A stretch of DNA of 64,000 nt from Lingula anatina (lineage: Eukaryota; Animalia; Brachiopoda), in the NCBI GenBank assembly GCA_051362555.1, contig CM120643.1, forward strand, positions 30,003,994 to 30,067,993, written 5' to 3'. This document shows, one piece after another, positions 13,001 to 22,418 of this stretch; the first letter of the stretch is position 1, and every line of letters starts with the position of its first letter. The notes beneath the pieces were generated by a model. That model had not been told where the DNA came from and did no database searches. It was given only the letters and a program-made list of their open reading frames with translations. A program made the translations under genes and the position numbers.

Positions 13001-16000
13001 GTTCTGAATATTGTTCCACGAATATGGGTACTGTAGTTCAACCAATGCGACTTCAAAATCCCCTTCTAGATTAAGTGACGATGACAGTTTTGTTTGGAAT
13101 GTCTCGGGTCTGTTGTTAGGGAAATACTTAAAGCTGCTGTTTGACGGTAAGATAACATGAAAAGACGACGCCATCCTTTCAAATGAGGTGTTTTGTCTGG
13201 TACCGGTTACATTTATGTTTTTTGTACATCCTTCGAATCTACCCAAGTATTGAAACGATCATCATAACCTACCCATTTTACAAAAAGCTGCCTAGTTTTC
13301 CCCTTTCCACGGGTCTTTAAAATTTTCTCGATACGATACACGTCGTCAGTTTTAATAACTTTAATCATTTCTGGTTCGTACAAGACACCTTCGATTTGCT
13401 CTCCATTGTAATCTTTCACCTTATACACAGGAGGTGTTCTGTTTAATCTTTCTGATATTGTAAATATTTCCTGTGTCCATCCCTGTTCGTATCCTTTTGC
13501 AAAAGGGGTGCGTGTTTTGCTTAATCTTACAGTATCTCCTACTTGAAATTTAAACCCCGACTTCCCTATTTTTACTTTTCCATACAAGTTTTTCCACACA
13601 ATGTTTGCATTTCGTGGATTCACATCGATTGGGGCCATCTTTATGCTTCGATGTTTTGCATGGTTGTATCCTGTCATCAAGTCGTTTAGGACTGTCACAT
13701 ACGTTAACGTACTGTTTGCTGTGAAATATCTGTACAAACGGGTCTTTATGCTTCTGTTAAAACGCTCAACCACAGAGCTTTTTCTTTCCGATTTTGTTGT
13801 GAAAAAAGCTATGCCTTGACTCTTGAGGTACGCTTGAAATTTTCTATTTGTAAATTCTGTCCCTGCATCAGTTTGAAGTACCAGTGGCTTTCTGCCTTCG
13901 GAAACAATGCCTTTAAACGCATCTAATACATTGTCCGCTGATTTTGATTTGATTGGAACTGCCCATGCGTATTTTGAAAATATATCAATCACGGTTAACA
14001 AGAATTTCATTCCTTTATTGTATTTTGCTATCTTACTGAGGTCTGCCAGATCACCCTGCCATTGATCATCAATATAATTCACCATGACGCGATTTGTACT
14101 GAATTGTTTCCTAACCGGTGCATGTAATGTATACACATCTTGGGCGGCTAGAAAATCTTTGATTTGCTGACGACTGATTTTCATACCATCTTTTCGTGCG
14201 GCATTATACAGTTTTAACATACCACCAAAGCTTACAGGGTTTGACGGGTTGGTATACAAACTATGCAGATATGCATCTGTTTTGTTCTGCCCTTTTTTGG
14301 TTTTTTTCTTACGCGGCATTTTCTCATACAGTTATGGATCAATTCCAACAAGCTAAATGTTTTCTTTCTTTATCCTATCTCTATTTATAGTTCCCACCAG
14401 TTTCATCGTAATGGGTATTTAGTAGCGACATCACTGTACTGGCGGTATGTACAACGGGCAGTGTGTCATCTACCACAAAAAGCCTAACCATTTGAAATCG
14501 CTTTTTAGGTGTAAGTGGTACATTAAATCGTTGATTTATTCTTTTTCCAACCGTACTCATCGTGCATTGAGGAGAGTGTCGTTCGTGTTCGACATCTGGG
14601 GCATCTCTCAGCGGGTCCCAATTCTTTAGATACAAATCGCAGTAAAAACAACGAACCACATCATCGTGTCTAGACGCTCGTGGGTCTCGGTAAAATCCAC
14701 TAATGGCTAAAGGGATTGGGTTGATAAGTAGTTTGCCCGGCCAATTAAGAAAACTCAAAATTCGGTCTTCTTCTTTTGCGTATGGCATGACCGGTCCATA
14801 TAGCACACCCCCCAACTCGGAATCGGTTTCCGGATGATCATCATCCATTCTGTCTACTCAGTATAAAGAAAAATGATCGCAAACACATTTTTGTAATTTT
14901 TCGGGTAAGCTGTGTGTTTATTTCAACCAATCATGTATTACATTTTTTCTAACCAATCACGTTACAGCTAACAACAAATAACATTTTTTCAACCAATCAA
15001 ATCACATATTATTTTAATCAATGAAATGTTTGTAAACAACTCTTTACTATCAAATTGTCTTCATCACATCAAATTAACGTTCCATATATAAATCTATTTT
15101 TAGATATGATGTCATAATCAACCAATCAAATGTCTTCTTTCATCGCACACTTCTAGCTAGTGTACATGCAAACTTTGTTAATTCTACACAGATTATACGG
15201 CGTCTTTTTCTGTTCAATTCAAAGTTTATTCTGATTTTTTTATCGCCTTATACAAATGTTCGCCATATACAATCTTGCACACATCGTAGACCATACTAGC
15301 GAGGACGGTATCAGGGGATAACGCATGGCTCGGTTCCTCCACGTCTTTCCGAAAATCTTCCAGCAACGATGCAGTCATGATGACGGAAAGTATGTATGGG
15401 TTTTCTTGTTGTCTCAGTTTTTTCTTCATTAACTTGTAGGCCTTCAGTATTACCTCATGACTTACAGCAGCTTTTGCCCTGGTGAAGTAAACATGTACCG
15501 AAACTGACCAGTCGGCCATACACCCATCCATGTGATGCTTTTGGGAACCGTGCGCGGCTATACACCCAGTACAGTACCTGTAACGCATGGCCTCTATTTC
15601 CTGCACGATCAACTTCACGTAAATGAGATGAATTAATACTACGTCTGCTTCTACATCGTTTTCGGCTCCAAACATTCTTTCATCACTTTCTTCCGGCTCC
15701 TCGCTGACTGTTGTCGGTGGGATTTCACCAAGCGCTGCATTGATTTCAGGCATTTTGGTCAGCAACGTCTCCAATGTGCGTTTGTCAAATTGTACATCGT
15801 ACATCGCTTCATACGACGCACTTACCGGTGCGTAGGCTAGCTTCATCACAGATTCCTCCTTACCAATGTCGTACAGCACACGGACATTATAGTTTTCCCC
15901 CAGCTGATCATCTATTTCAGTATCGGTAGACATAGCAGTTTGGACGGAAGGCAGGGTGTTTTAAAAATCTTCCCATGCTTCTCGCGGCATCCGGATCTTG

Positions 16001-19000
16001 TTCAACGTTTTCAAATCGCTGAAGACGACCAACTGGACCCCCTGTTTGCTTCTGCATATCGACAACAGACTATCTTCACCAAGTTTGAAGAACTGCGACA
16101 TTTTGATGTTCGAACGTACAACTTAGGTCAGTGAATTGGAGTTTGATTTGACCATTCCAACATATATAGCCTTCAAATTGCACGCCTGAACATGCAACAC
16201 GCCTAACAAAAGAATTGCGCTTGACGTCATCCGTCGCTATGACAAAACGTAAACATTACTCCGACATGCCCAGGCCCGTTCTGTGACGTCATCCGTTACC
16301 ATAGTGAAACGTAAACAAAAATAGGGAGTCTCGTTTGTTTACATTAAAAAAATTGTTTGTTTATTTTGTAAACATCCCCATTGTCCGGTATAGGTTTTCC
16401 ATTGTTCAAATGATGTAACATAACAAAAGAAAAAAATGGAATTCTTTTCTCCCGTATAGTACGGATGTAACTACTTCCACATACACACACTTTAGATAAT
16501 TCCACATCATCCATATACACACACTTTAGATAATTCCACATCATCTATATACACACACTTTAGATAATACCACATCATCCATATACACACACTTTAGATA
16601 ATACCACATCATCCATATACACACACTTTAGATAATTCCACATTATCCATATACACACACTTTAGATAATTCCACATCATCCATATACACACACTTTAGA
16701 TAATTCCACATCATCCATATACACACACTTTAGATAATACCACATCATCCACATACACACACTTTAGATAATACCACATCATCCACATACACACACTTTA
16801 GATAATTCCACATCATCCATATACACACACTTTAGATAATTCCACATCATCTATATACACACACTTTAGATAATTCCACATCAACCATATGCACACACTT
16901 TAAATAATTCCACATCATCCATATATACACACTTTAGATAATTCCACATCATCCATATCCACACACTTTAGATAATTCCACATCAACCATATGCACACAC
17001 TTTAAATAATTCCACATCATCCATATATACACACTTTAGATAATTCCACATCATCCACATACACACACTTTAGATAATACCACATCATCCATATACACAC
17101 ACTTTAGATAATTCCACATCATCCATATACACACACTTTAGATAATTCCACATCATCCACATACACACACTTTAGATAATTCCACATCATCCCTATACAC
17201 ACACTTTAGATAATTCCACATCATCCATATCCACACACTTTAGATAATTCCACATCAACCATATGCACACACTTTAAATAATTCCACATCATCCATATAT
17301 ACACACTTTAGATAATTCCACATCATCCACATACACACACTTTAGATAATACCACATCATCCATATACACACACTTTAGATAATTCCACATCATCCATAT
17401 ACACACACTTTAGATAATTCCACATCATCCACATACACACACTTTAGATAATTCCACATCATCCCTATACACACACTTTAGATAATTCCACATCATCCAT
17501 ATACACACACTTTAGATAATTCCACATCATCCACATACACACACTTAAGATAATTCCACATCATCCATATACACACACTTTAGATAATTCCACATCATCC
17601 ATATACACACACTTTAGATAATTCCACATCATCCACATACACACACTTTAGATAATACCACATCATCCACATACACACACTTTAGATAATTCCACATCAT
17701 CCACATACACACACTTTAGATAATTCCACATCATCCATATGCACACACTTTAGATAATTCCACATCATCCACATACACACACTTTAGATAATTCCACATC
17801 ATCCATATACACACACTTTAGATAATACCACATCATCCATATACACACACTTTAGATAATTCCACATCATCCACATACACACACTTTAGATAATACCACA
17901 TCATCCACATACACACACTTTAGATAATTCCACATCATCCATATACACACACTTTAGATAATTCCACATCATCCATATCCACACACTTTAGATAATTCCA
18001 CATCATCCACATACACACACTTTAGATAATTCCACATCATCCATATACACACACTTAAGATAATTCCACATCATCCATATACACACACTTTAGATAATTC
18101 CACATCATCCATATACACACACTTTAGATAATACCACATCATCCACATACACACACTTTAGATAATTCCACATCATCCATATACACACACTTTAGATAAT
18201 TCCACATCATCCATATACACACACTTTAGATAATTCCACATCATCCATATACACACACTTAAGATAATTCCACATCATCCATATACACACACTTTAGATA
18301 ATTCCACATCATCCATATACACACACTTTAGATAATACCACATCATCCACATACACACACTTTAGATAATTCCACATCATCCATATACACACACTTTAGA
18401 TAATTCCACATCATCCACATACACACACTTTAGATAATTCCACATCATCCATATACACACACTTTAGATAATTCCACATCATCCATATACACACACTTTA
18501 GATAATTCCACATCATCCATATACACACACTTTAGATAATTCCACATCATCCACATACACACACTTTAGATAATTCCACATCATCCATATACACACACTT
18601 TAGATAATACCACATCATCCACATACACACACTTTAGATAATTCCACATCATCCATATACACACACTTTAGATAATTCCACATCATCCACATACACACAC
18701 TTTAGATAATTTAACGGCATCCTCACTGTGCATTGTCTAAAGACGACACATTACTTTTATGTTTATCCCACGAGACACGTGGAACCTGTTAAAATATGAC
18801 ATTTTCTCTTTTTTTGTGTTCATCACTGGACTTACAGAGAATAACGCATGGCATATGGGTGACCTTCCGGGGACAACATCCTCTTGAACACATTGCTTGC
18901 CTTAAAGAATATGTAGTTTTTATGGGACTGTTAATAATAATAATAATAATAATAATTCTTTATAGTATAAAGGTGGATATGAAAGGTTGCGGAGTGCAAT

Positions 19001-22000
19001 GTGTCTGCTGTCTTCTAGGTGGTGTCCGATGCTTCGTTGAAGAATATGAAAGAGCTGTTCTTGGACGCCTACGACGAGAACCGGGATAACAAGATTGAGA
19101 TGTCGGAGGTAAAATAGTCAATAACTAGATATTTTACTCAAATAAATGTAATATATTACATTTATTTACACAAATAAATGTAATTTAGAAATTTCAATAT
19201 TATATATTTAAAGGGATAATAACTCTTCGAATGAAATCTGTATTTCACAATAAAAACATTGTGAGTGACTCATAAAAAATAATATATTCTGTTTTCCCAC
19301 AAAAGCGGCTGTTATAGCTATTATTCTGATATCTGAGCTTGTCTTTAGACCACGTGACCTCCACAGATGGCTATACTCTGTTAAAATCTCTTAAGAGATT
19401 TAAACAAAAATCCAAACTTTTTAGAAAAAAACCAGGGACTAACTTTGAATGTAAAAATGGATTCATTAACCATTGGTAAGTATGGGAAAATTGTTGTTTA
19501 CTCCATGAAAATTCATTTTTTGGCCGAAACGAAGAGTTATTATCACTTTAAGCTTTGCACCACGCAACAGTTTAAAATCCCACAGAATTAGATTGCGGGT
19601 ATTTGAAGTTTGCCACGGTATACAATATTGGCTTAATTTGTTTCAGCTTGCACAGATTTTACCAATGGAAGAAAGCTTTTTGCTTCTCTTCCGAAAGGAC
19701 AATCCTTTAGAGAGCAGCGCAGAATTTATGAAGGTATGATGTTTAAATTATTACCTGGGGCAAATATTTTTATCGTTATAGGAATGAGATACTTTTAAAA
19801 CAAAAGATGTGTTGATCTTTCCTTTTCTTCTTGGAGCTTTTAATGGTTATTTGGACAACAATACATTGCTTACCAGAAGATGTTCTGTGTCTTGTTGTTA
19901 AAATATGTGATATTAATTCATTGCAATATATATAATCTGTTAAGATCTGGCGGGAATTTGATAATTTTTAAAATATGAGATATTAATTCATTGTAATATA
20001 TATAATCTGTTTAGATCTGGCGGGAATTTGATAAAGACGCTAGTGGTTATATCGAGGCAGACGAATTGAAGGTATGTTTGGTGACAGTAATTAGATTTGT
20101 GTTAATGTTTATACTGGTTGAACATATTTTTTTCTTAATTTTAATACTTACGGTTTTCTTCACGCTGTCCAGTAAATGTCATCATGTCTATAAAAAATAT
20201 AGGATTTCTGATCGATATTGTTACCAACATATCAGTAGTAATAATCGTTTTTCCATCGTCATTGCTGACAACATATCAATAGGAATAATCGTATTTCGCA
20301 TCGTTATTGTTTTATTGTTGAGACAAAGAGACTTATCAGTTGCAACAACAGTTTATCAAAATAAGAACGTAGTGAATGTTGTTTGCGGATCTTATGGAAT
20401 CAGGCTCATCATTCCAGAATTTTCTTAAGCACTTGCTGAAAGAGGAACACCGTACTGTCTCAGAGGAGCAGCTGATTGAATACACCGACACAATGGTAAT
20501 ATGCCAACTTTGCACCAGTGCTGTAAGAGATTGTCTGGTCAGATATTGAGATGTTAACTTAGTGTGTTATTTTTGACAGTGGAACTGGTGGTTGTCAGAT
20601 ATTGAGACTTTCCCTGTCAGTTATTTGAGATTGTGAATGTTGTTTTAAAAATTAAATACATGACATTGCTATCTTCCAGCTGCAGTTATTCGACAGTAAC
20701 AAAGACGGCAAACTGCAGTTCAGTGAAATGGCCAAGTATGGTTTATTTTTTAGCATAATGAACAATGTAACGTTTAATCTTTTTAATATTTCCAAGGGTT
20801 GTTAATTTCATGTATTCATATTTGATATCCGCTTGAAGCAGTTGATGTTTAAGTTTGTTCGCAGCTTCCGCCATACACTCCTTTTACAATTTACACGTTT
20901 AAGGTTGATTGCCCACTTAATTTCGATATTTATATTCCAGATTACTTCCAGTAAAGGAAAACTTCCTGTGTAGGCCCATTTTCAAGGTAGGAGTTGTCAT
21001 GACGTTCCTGCTCTGTGGAACAGAATCCTTAAAGTGCAATTGACAATCCCCCCCCCCCACACACACACACACACCCTCACACTGACTGGCTACTCGATAC
21101 TAGAGGTTAGCTGAGTTATGACATTAATTCCAATATTTCAAGCAAAGATTTTTCTGGACAGTGCAGAAAAAAGTGAAGAGTTTAGGAGACATACTTGTAA
21201 ATGTTTAATGAAAAATCCCCCTTTTGCCTCTTTTTAATCAATTACAAGTCTATTAATGTGTAACCTTAGCAATTCCACTCATCTCGGCCAAAATTAATGA
21301 AACACCCTCCGTCTGGTTTCAGCAGAACGCCAAGATAACAATGCGAGATGTGGACCGCGTGTTCCAGTTGTACGACAGGGTAAGTATAACACCAATATAT
21401 ATAACAATGAAGGACGTGGATCACGTGTTCCAGTTGTACGACAGGGTAAGTATAACACCAATATAACAATGAAGGGCGTGGATCACGTGTTCCAGTTGTA
21501 CGACAGGGTAAGTATAACACCAATATAACAATGAGGGACGTGGATCACGTGTTCCAGTTGTACGACAGGGTAAGTATAACACCAATATAACAATGAAGGG
21601 CGTGGATCACGTGTTCCAGTTGTACGACAGGGTAAGTATAACACCAATATAACAATGAGGGACGTGGATCACGTGTTCCAGTTGTACGACAGGGTAAGTT
21701 TAACACCAATATAACAATGAAGGACGTGGATCACGTGTTCCAGTTGTACGACAGGGTAAGTATAACACCAATATAACAATAAGGGGCGTGGACTGCGTGC
21801 CCCAGTTGTAGGACAGGGTAATTTCAATCAAGCGCTGTTTTACTGTTGTGTGTGAATTAGGTACAAAACGGTTACATGGATTACATACAGAAAACGTCGT
21901 GGTCTCTTGAGATTATTGTTATGTTTTGTTATGCAGAAAGGCGTATGTTCACCAACCTATGTGACGGCCATATTTCACTTCTTCCAGGATGGAAATGGTT

Positions 22001-22418
22001 GTATTGAGAACGATGAGTTGTCCGGTTTTTTGAAGGATTTGATTGAGCTGGTCAATGAGGTAGATAAGAGTAGCCATTAGATGCTTTTATTTCAAAATTA
22101 ACCATCATAAATTGCTTATCGTAATATAATATATAACAATTAAAATGTTAGTATACGATTGTGACGTTTAAGGTGTCCTATAATCATATTATTGTATTTC
22201 CAAATTTGTCCGTTTCTTGTTAAGTGGCTTGAAATGGCTTTTTTTCAATTTTTGTTCTTTAGGATTATGATGCAAACGACCTGAAAGAATTCAAGGAAGC
22301 CATCTTGAAGTTCTGCGACACTAACAGTGATGGTAAGCTGGACCAGCAAGAGCTGACGCTGTTCATCATGCGCTACGCACACGCCAGTGGTACGGAGATT
22401 GACCTGGACAGCAAATGA
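1002..22418 (+). CDS. Cbp53E: Calbindin-32/calretinin-like hexa-EF-hand protein; 5' exon(s) upstream of window
   Basis: GT-AG exons in consistent phase: 1002-1087, 19019-19108, 19647-19733, 20015-20071, 20418-20495, 20680-20735, 20941-20986, 21326(or 21323)-21379, 21988-22059, 22263-22418. Translation GNGFIEGKELDGFLREFVSS..LAQILPMEESFLLLFR..IWREFDKDASGYIEADELK..LLPVKENFLCR..DGNGCIENDELSGFLKDL closely follows Drosophila calbindin-32 as I recall it. Confidence 0.93.
1411..1422 (+). CDS. Candidate 12-nt microexon 1 of calbindin gene (KRKQ)
   Basis: TAG|AAACGGAAACAG|GTAAGT; upstream ACTAAC (~1306), pyrimidine tract and TGC; frame-preserving in a phase-0 intron. Confidence 0.65.
1731..1742 (+). 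CDS. Candidate 12-nt microexon 2 of calbindin gene (KKKQ)
   Basis: TAG|AAAAAGAAACAG|GTAAGA after a long CT tract (1640-1720) with TGC motifs; 10/12 identical to microexon 1. Confidence 0.65.
1871..2280. repeat. 34-bp minisatellite, left part (12 copies)
   Basis: Unit TACACACACTTTAGATAATTCCACATCATCCATA. Confidence 0.97.
2281..2497 (+). repeat. Polinton left terminal inverted repeat
   Basis: Reverse complement of 16259-16475 with about two mismatches seen. Confidence 0.96.
2816..7209 (-). CDS. pPolB: Protein-primed family B DNA polymerase, two exons (7209-3777, 3510-2816)
   Basis: ExoI FFDFE, ExoII HNMSGYDG, ExoIII YCRMDV, motif A YIDVCSLYP, motif B KLMLNSFWG|KFGQ restored by splicing, motif C YFDTDS, GPKNY; N-terminal OTU-like DQLC...GHYD, Cys-rich zinc region, VSR-like insert. 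Confidence 0.96.
3511..3776 (-). other. 266-bp phase-1 GT-AG intron in pPolB
   Basis: Donor TGG G|GTACGT, acceptor TTTGTTATTTCAG|GC AAA TTC GGT CAA; AT-rich. Confidence 0.9.
7210..8373. promoter_or_regulatory. Divergent promoter region between pPolB and ATPase, with internal direct repeats
   Basis: Non-coding gap between head-to-head genes; TATAAA at ~8347 before ATPase ATG; repeats 7881-7935/7945-8000. Confidence 0.55.
8374..9045 (+). CDS. A32/FtsK-HerA-like genome packaging ATPase
   Basis: Walker A GPTGSGKT, Walker B LIVLDD, GSHHRN..VQN..RTISLN motifs typical of Polinton ATPases. Confidence 0.95.
   Translation: MPITFLDMYDTHLKHPFTALLAGPTGSGKTVWIKRLLSNADTMISPSPQKIIYCYDIWQPLFDEMQSEHPDTVTFIKGIPTDLTDATFFDSQLNNLIVLDDLFAECSDDARIRDLFTKGSHHRNISVVLIVQNLFPKEKHARTISLNCHYLVLFKNPRDSLQVKTLGMQMYPNDLKSFINVYKDATSSAHSYLLIDLRQNTADCIRLRTNIFPGETHYAYTCK
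9076..9399 (+). CDS. Conserved small basic Polinton protein (PW-like)
   Basis: Position after ATPase; IC..N.L...I.L...EK..L.R.K..I..L..K pattern recalled from Mavericks. Confidence 0.65.
   Translation: MKVETEKLFNAHVSLLSIADKKLITAVVKNSPYDLVRIICNYASNLLYNTNITLTATEKSALRRVKRVIVQLASKQVSIQRKKIILIRNPGAVKAILKPITKNGRLQ
9383..10144 (+). CDS. Conserved Polinton protein (PZ-like)
   Basis: Motif YNDQGE..NG...EGSNVVDL...PPG..VF..L..LNVP...I.N; AATAAA right after stop. Confidence 0.75.
   Translation: MAGFNKMVLINENELNALKQRVSANYSPFVEETLRLENEMKKTLQRTDVPFDEKMSIYNDLQSQYLSKARKREPVAVVVHNSSQPLEAQLGVDTADATATPTVKSEAGSVLHLKAEILDAIPQRVRRKANVILRYMSNQPNVLSYNDQGELKYNGRVYEGSNVVDLFNDLYVPRRNYEPPGLTVFLKGLKRLNVPLNNISNVKRRNQIMSLDTSSSSTQMGSGHVAKTKLAPRPTQRNSGNVVKSKLSLFNIY
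10145..10200. terminator. Convergent polyadenylation signals
   Basis: AATAAA on + just after PZ-like stop; TTTATT (~10185) for the minus-strand capsid/protease unit. Confidence 0.6.
10210..10737 (-). CDS. Adenain-like cysteine maturation protease
   Basis: NTD....PGVHWVA, FFDSY, LQS....VCGQYC (His-Asp-Cys triad plus Gln). Confidence 0.95.
   Translation of the reverse strand: MNTKQIECILQTDPVTRTCFQGVFASDALPKKIWTYPACLVANTDPHDKPGVHWVAFYFDEQGHGEFFDSYAKSPYYYNAAFKRFLDENSLSGWNCNTRTLQSLYTKVCGQYCIYYLMNRSRGKKLEQILSKFTSDKQFNDILVYDYVNAHCNIPYCVNACFQVCRSKKSLGILY
10741..12060 (-). CDS. Double jelly-roll major capsid protein
   Basis: 439 aa; ELDIF, NNTLHSLF..V, YAYRAYLE.LL.Y, G.Y.KNPFNF, DLTPD motifs of Polinton MCP. 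Confidence 0.95.
   Translation of the reverse strand: MNNTENDPIVRTELDIFSNIRDHMQTDLLSSYFEEVRPLTAVADVSPVIEFVIKGTPDEYIDTTQINLYVEGQIVKADGTDIDAGQNTSVVNNTLHSLFTAVDVELNDHLITVGQNTYAYRAYLENLLYYGKNAKESLLTSEMYYQDTDGLMDDVDVDGDPGNEGFKARNSWFQRSRRVEMYGPLKIDLATQNKLLLNQVDVRIKLRRTSHAFCLMSDTDAQEQFLIKNISLFVRRVKVSDRLKLAHENILAKHVACYPMTRREVKVINLPNGVRTAHIDNAYFGRMPKRILLALLEDDAFSGDYTKNPFNFKHNDLRQLRLMVAGEQIPFKPYNFDFSVQGGLNYLRAYYDLLSAVGAADGEHSIDIDRTQYLNGYVLFAHDLTPDQTFDNYITPTKQGSLNIDLEFGQQINNIVLLVMAEFDSVIKIDQRRSVFVEY
12063..12440 (-). CDS. Basic virion core-like protein (putative protease substrate)
   Basis: Between minor and major capsid genes; Y..QVGGG...F.G...QRGNG then K/R-rich tail. Confidence 0.75.
   Translation of the reverse strand: MDPVYVALVKRYEAQVGGGSIHKFRGTRVQSRMQRGNGRLFQPRHAEILHVDRQNNPKRTEQPAVKKKRKRSRTPKSKLYVNGDVIRKTLNAMTIKKNNTPKATRRVKGRRPKQSRSFKAQETNF
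12443..13174 (-). CDS. Minor capsid (penton) protein
   Basis: FHVILPSNSS..YFPNN..F, EVALVE, G.Y, YVYTDII..Q.VGD....LLR, LHFR; start taken at MASSF. Confidence 0.92.
   Translation of the reverse strand: MASSFHVILPSNSSFKYFPNNRPETFQTKLSSSLNLEGDFEVALVELQYPYSWNNIQNGVLTYYDGVKTNTLNITAGYYPTVGDLITAIHDQLTAIGKTNITLGYNIISRRVTVHLKSGAYIDVAGDMATMLGFKPNVRVNADTIAPYPPNMTLGFNSLYVYTDIIQNQMVGDASANLLRIVDINGVYGQVVTKTFDNPIYIPLNRRHIDTIRIDISRDTGELVQFDSGKAIATLHFRRKSLL
13213..14319 (-). CDS. Retroviral-like (rve) integrase with C-terminal chromodomain
   Basis: DDE: WQGDL, QTDAGTEF, VERFNR; HRSIKMAP; chromodomain YRIEKIL...VKWVGYD...NTWV. Confidence 0.97.
   Translation of the reverse strand: MPRKKKTKKGQNKTDAYLHSLYTNPSNPVSFGGMLKLYNAARKDGMKISRQQIKDFLAAQDVYTLHAPVRKQFSTNRVMVNYIDDQWQGDLADLSKIAKYNKGMKFLLTVIDIFSKYAWAVPIKSKSADNVLDAFKGIVSEGRKPLVLQTDAGTEFTNRKFQAYLKSQGIAFFTTKSERKSSVVERFNRSIKTRLYRYFTANSTLTYVTVLNDLMTGYNHAKHRSIKMAPIDVNPRNANIVWKNLYGKVKIGKSGFKFQVGDTVRLSKTRTPFAKGYEQGWTQEIFTISERLNRTPPVYKVKDYNGEQIEGVLYEPEMIKVIKTDDVYRIEKILKTRGKGKTRQLFVKWVGYDDRFNTWVDSKDVQKT
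14381..14848 (-). CDS. Single BIR-domain (IAP-like) protein
   Basis: EEDRILSF.NWP...LA.SGFY...DVVRCFYC-x17-H-x6-C; no RING. Confidence 0.9.
   Translation of the reverse strand: MDDDHPETDSELGGVLYGPVMPYAKEEDRILSFLNWPGKLLINPIPLAISGFYRDPRASRHDDVVRCFYCDLYLKNWDPLRDAPDVEHERHSPQCTMSTVGKRINQRFNVPLTPKKRFQMVRLFVVDDTLPVVHTASTVMSLLNTHYDETGGNYK
14917..15126 (-). promoter_or_regulatory. CCAAT-box cluster upstream of BIR/integrase genes, overlapping upstream gene's polyA signal
   Basis: AACCAATCA cores at 14927, 14953, 14993, 15122; TTTATT at 14917. Confidence 0.55.
15226..16101 (-). CDS. Tandem PC4-like + CxGC..HxSQxxH..C ('oncoid'-type) protein with one in-frame TAA at 15961-15963
   Basis: ATG at 16101 is in frame with ORF 15226-15933; MSQFFKLGEDSLLSI...IRMPREAWEDF*NTLPSV; motif CTGCIAAHGSQKHHMDGC; TATA-like at ~16165. 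Confidence 0.7.
16259..16475 (-). repeat. Polinton right terminal inverted repeat
   Basis: Reverse complement of 2281-2497. Confidence 0.96.
16476..18710. repeat. 34-bp minisatellite, right part (~65 copies)
   Basis: Same unit as 1871-2280, resumes in register after TSD. Confidence 0.97.
19212..19547 (+). mobile_element. Non-autonomous DNA transposon with TTAA TSD (Kolobok-like termini)
   Basis: TTAA|AGGGATAATAACTCTTCG...CGAAGAGTTATTATCACT|TTAA; second copy at 33920-34258. Confidence 0.8.
19900..20033 (+). repeat. Two-copy duplication of splice acceptor plus exon start
   Basis: GATATTAATTCATTG...AG|ATCTGGCGGGAATTTGATAA twice; only the second continues as exon. Confidence 0.9.
21335..21821 (+). 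repeat. 62-bp tandem repeat (8 copies) of exon end plus splice donor
   Basis: GTGTTCCAGTTGTACGACAGG|GTAAGTATAACACCAAT repeated; first copy is the true exon. Confidence 0.95.

Larger units (their letters stand above)
2281..16475. mobile_element. Full-length Polinton/Maverick (endogenous adintovirus-like element), 14,195 bp
   Basis: TIRs 2281-2497/16259-16475, termini AGTAGT...ACTACT, 6-bp TSD TCCACA (2275-2280, 16476-16481), full core gene set. Confidence 0.98.

Noticed and set aside
13175-13246. N-terminal extension of penton overlapping the integrase
   Set aside because: Conserved penton motif begins at MASSF; upstream ATG is probably incidental
16344-16544. 66-aa ORF crossing the element end
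   Set aside because: Reads from satellite into TIR; no coding signal
16476-18710. CRISPR-like array next to an integrase-bearing element (34-bp period)
   Set aside because: Head-to-tail units with no unique spacers and no cas genes; eukaryotic minisatellite. Same for the other arrays.
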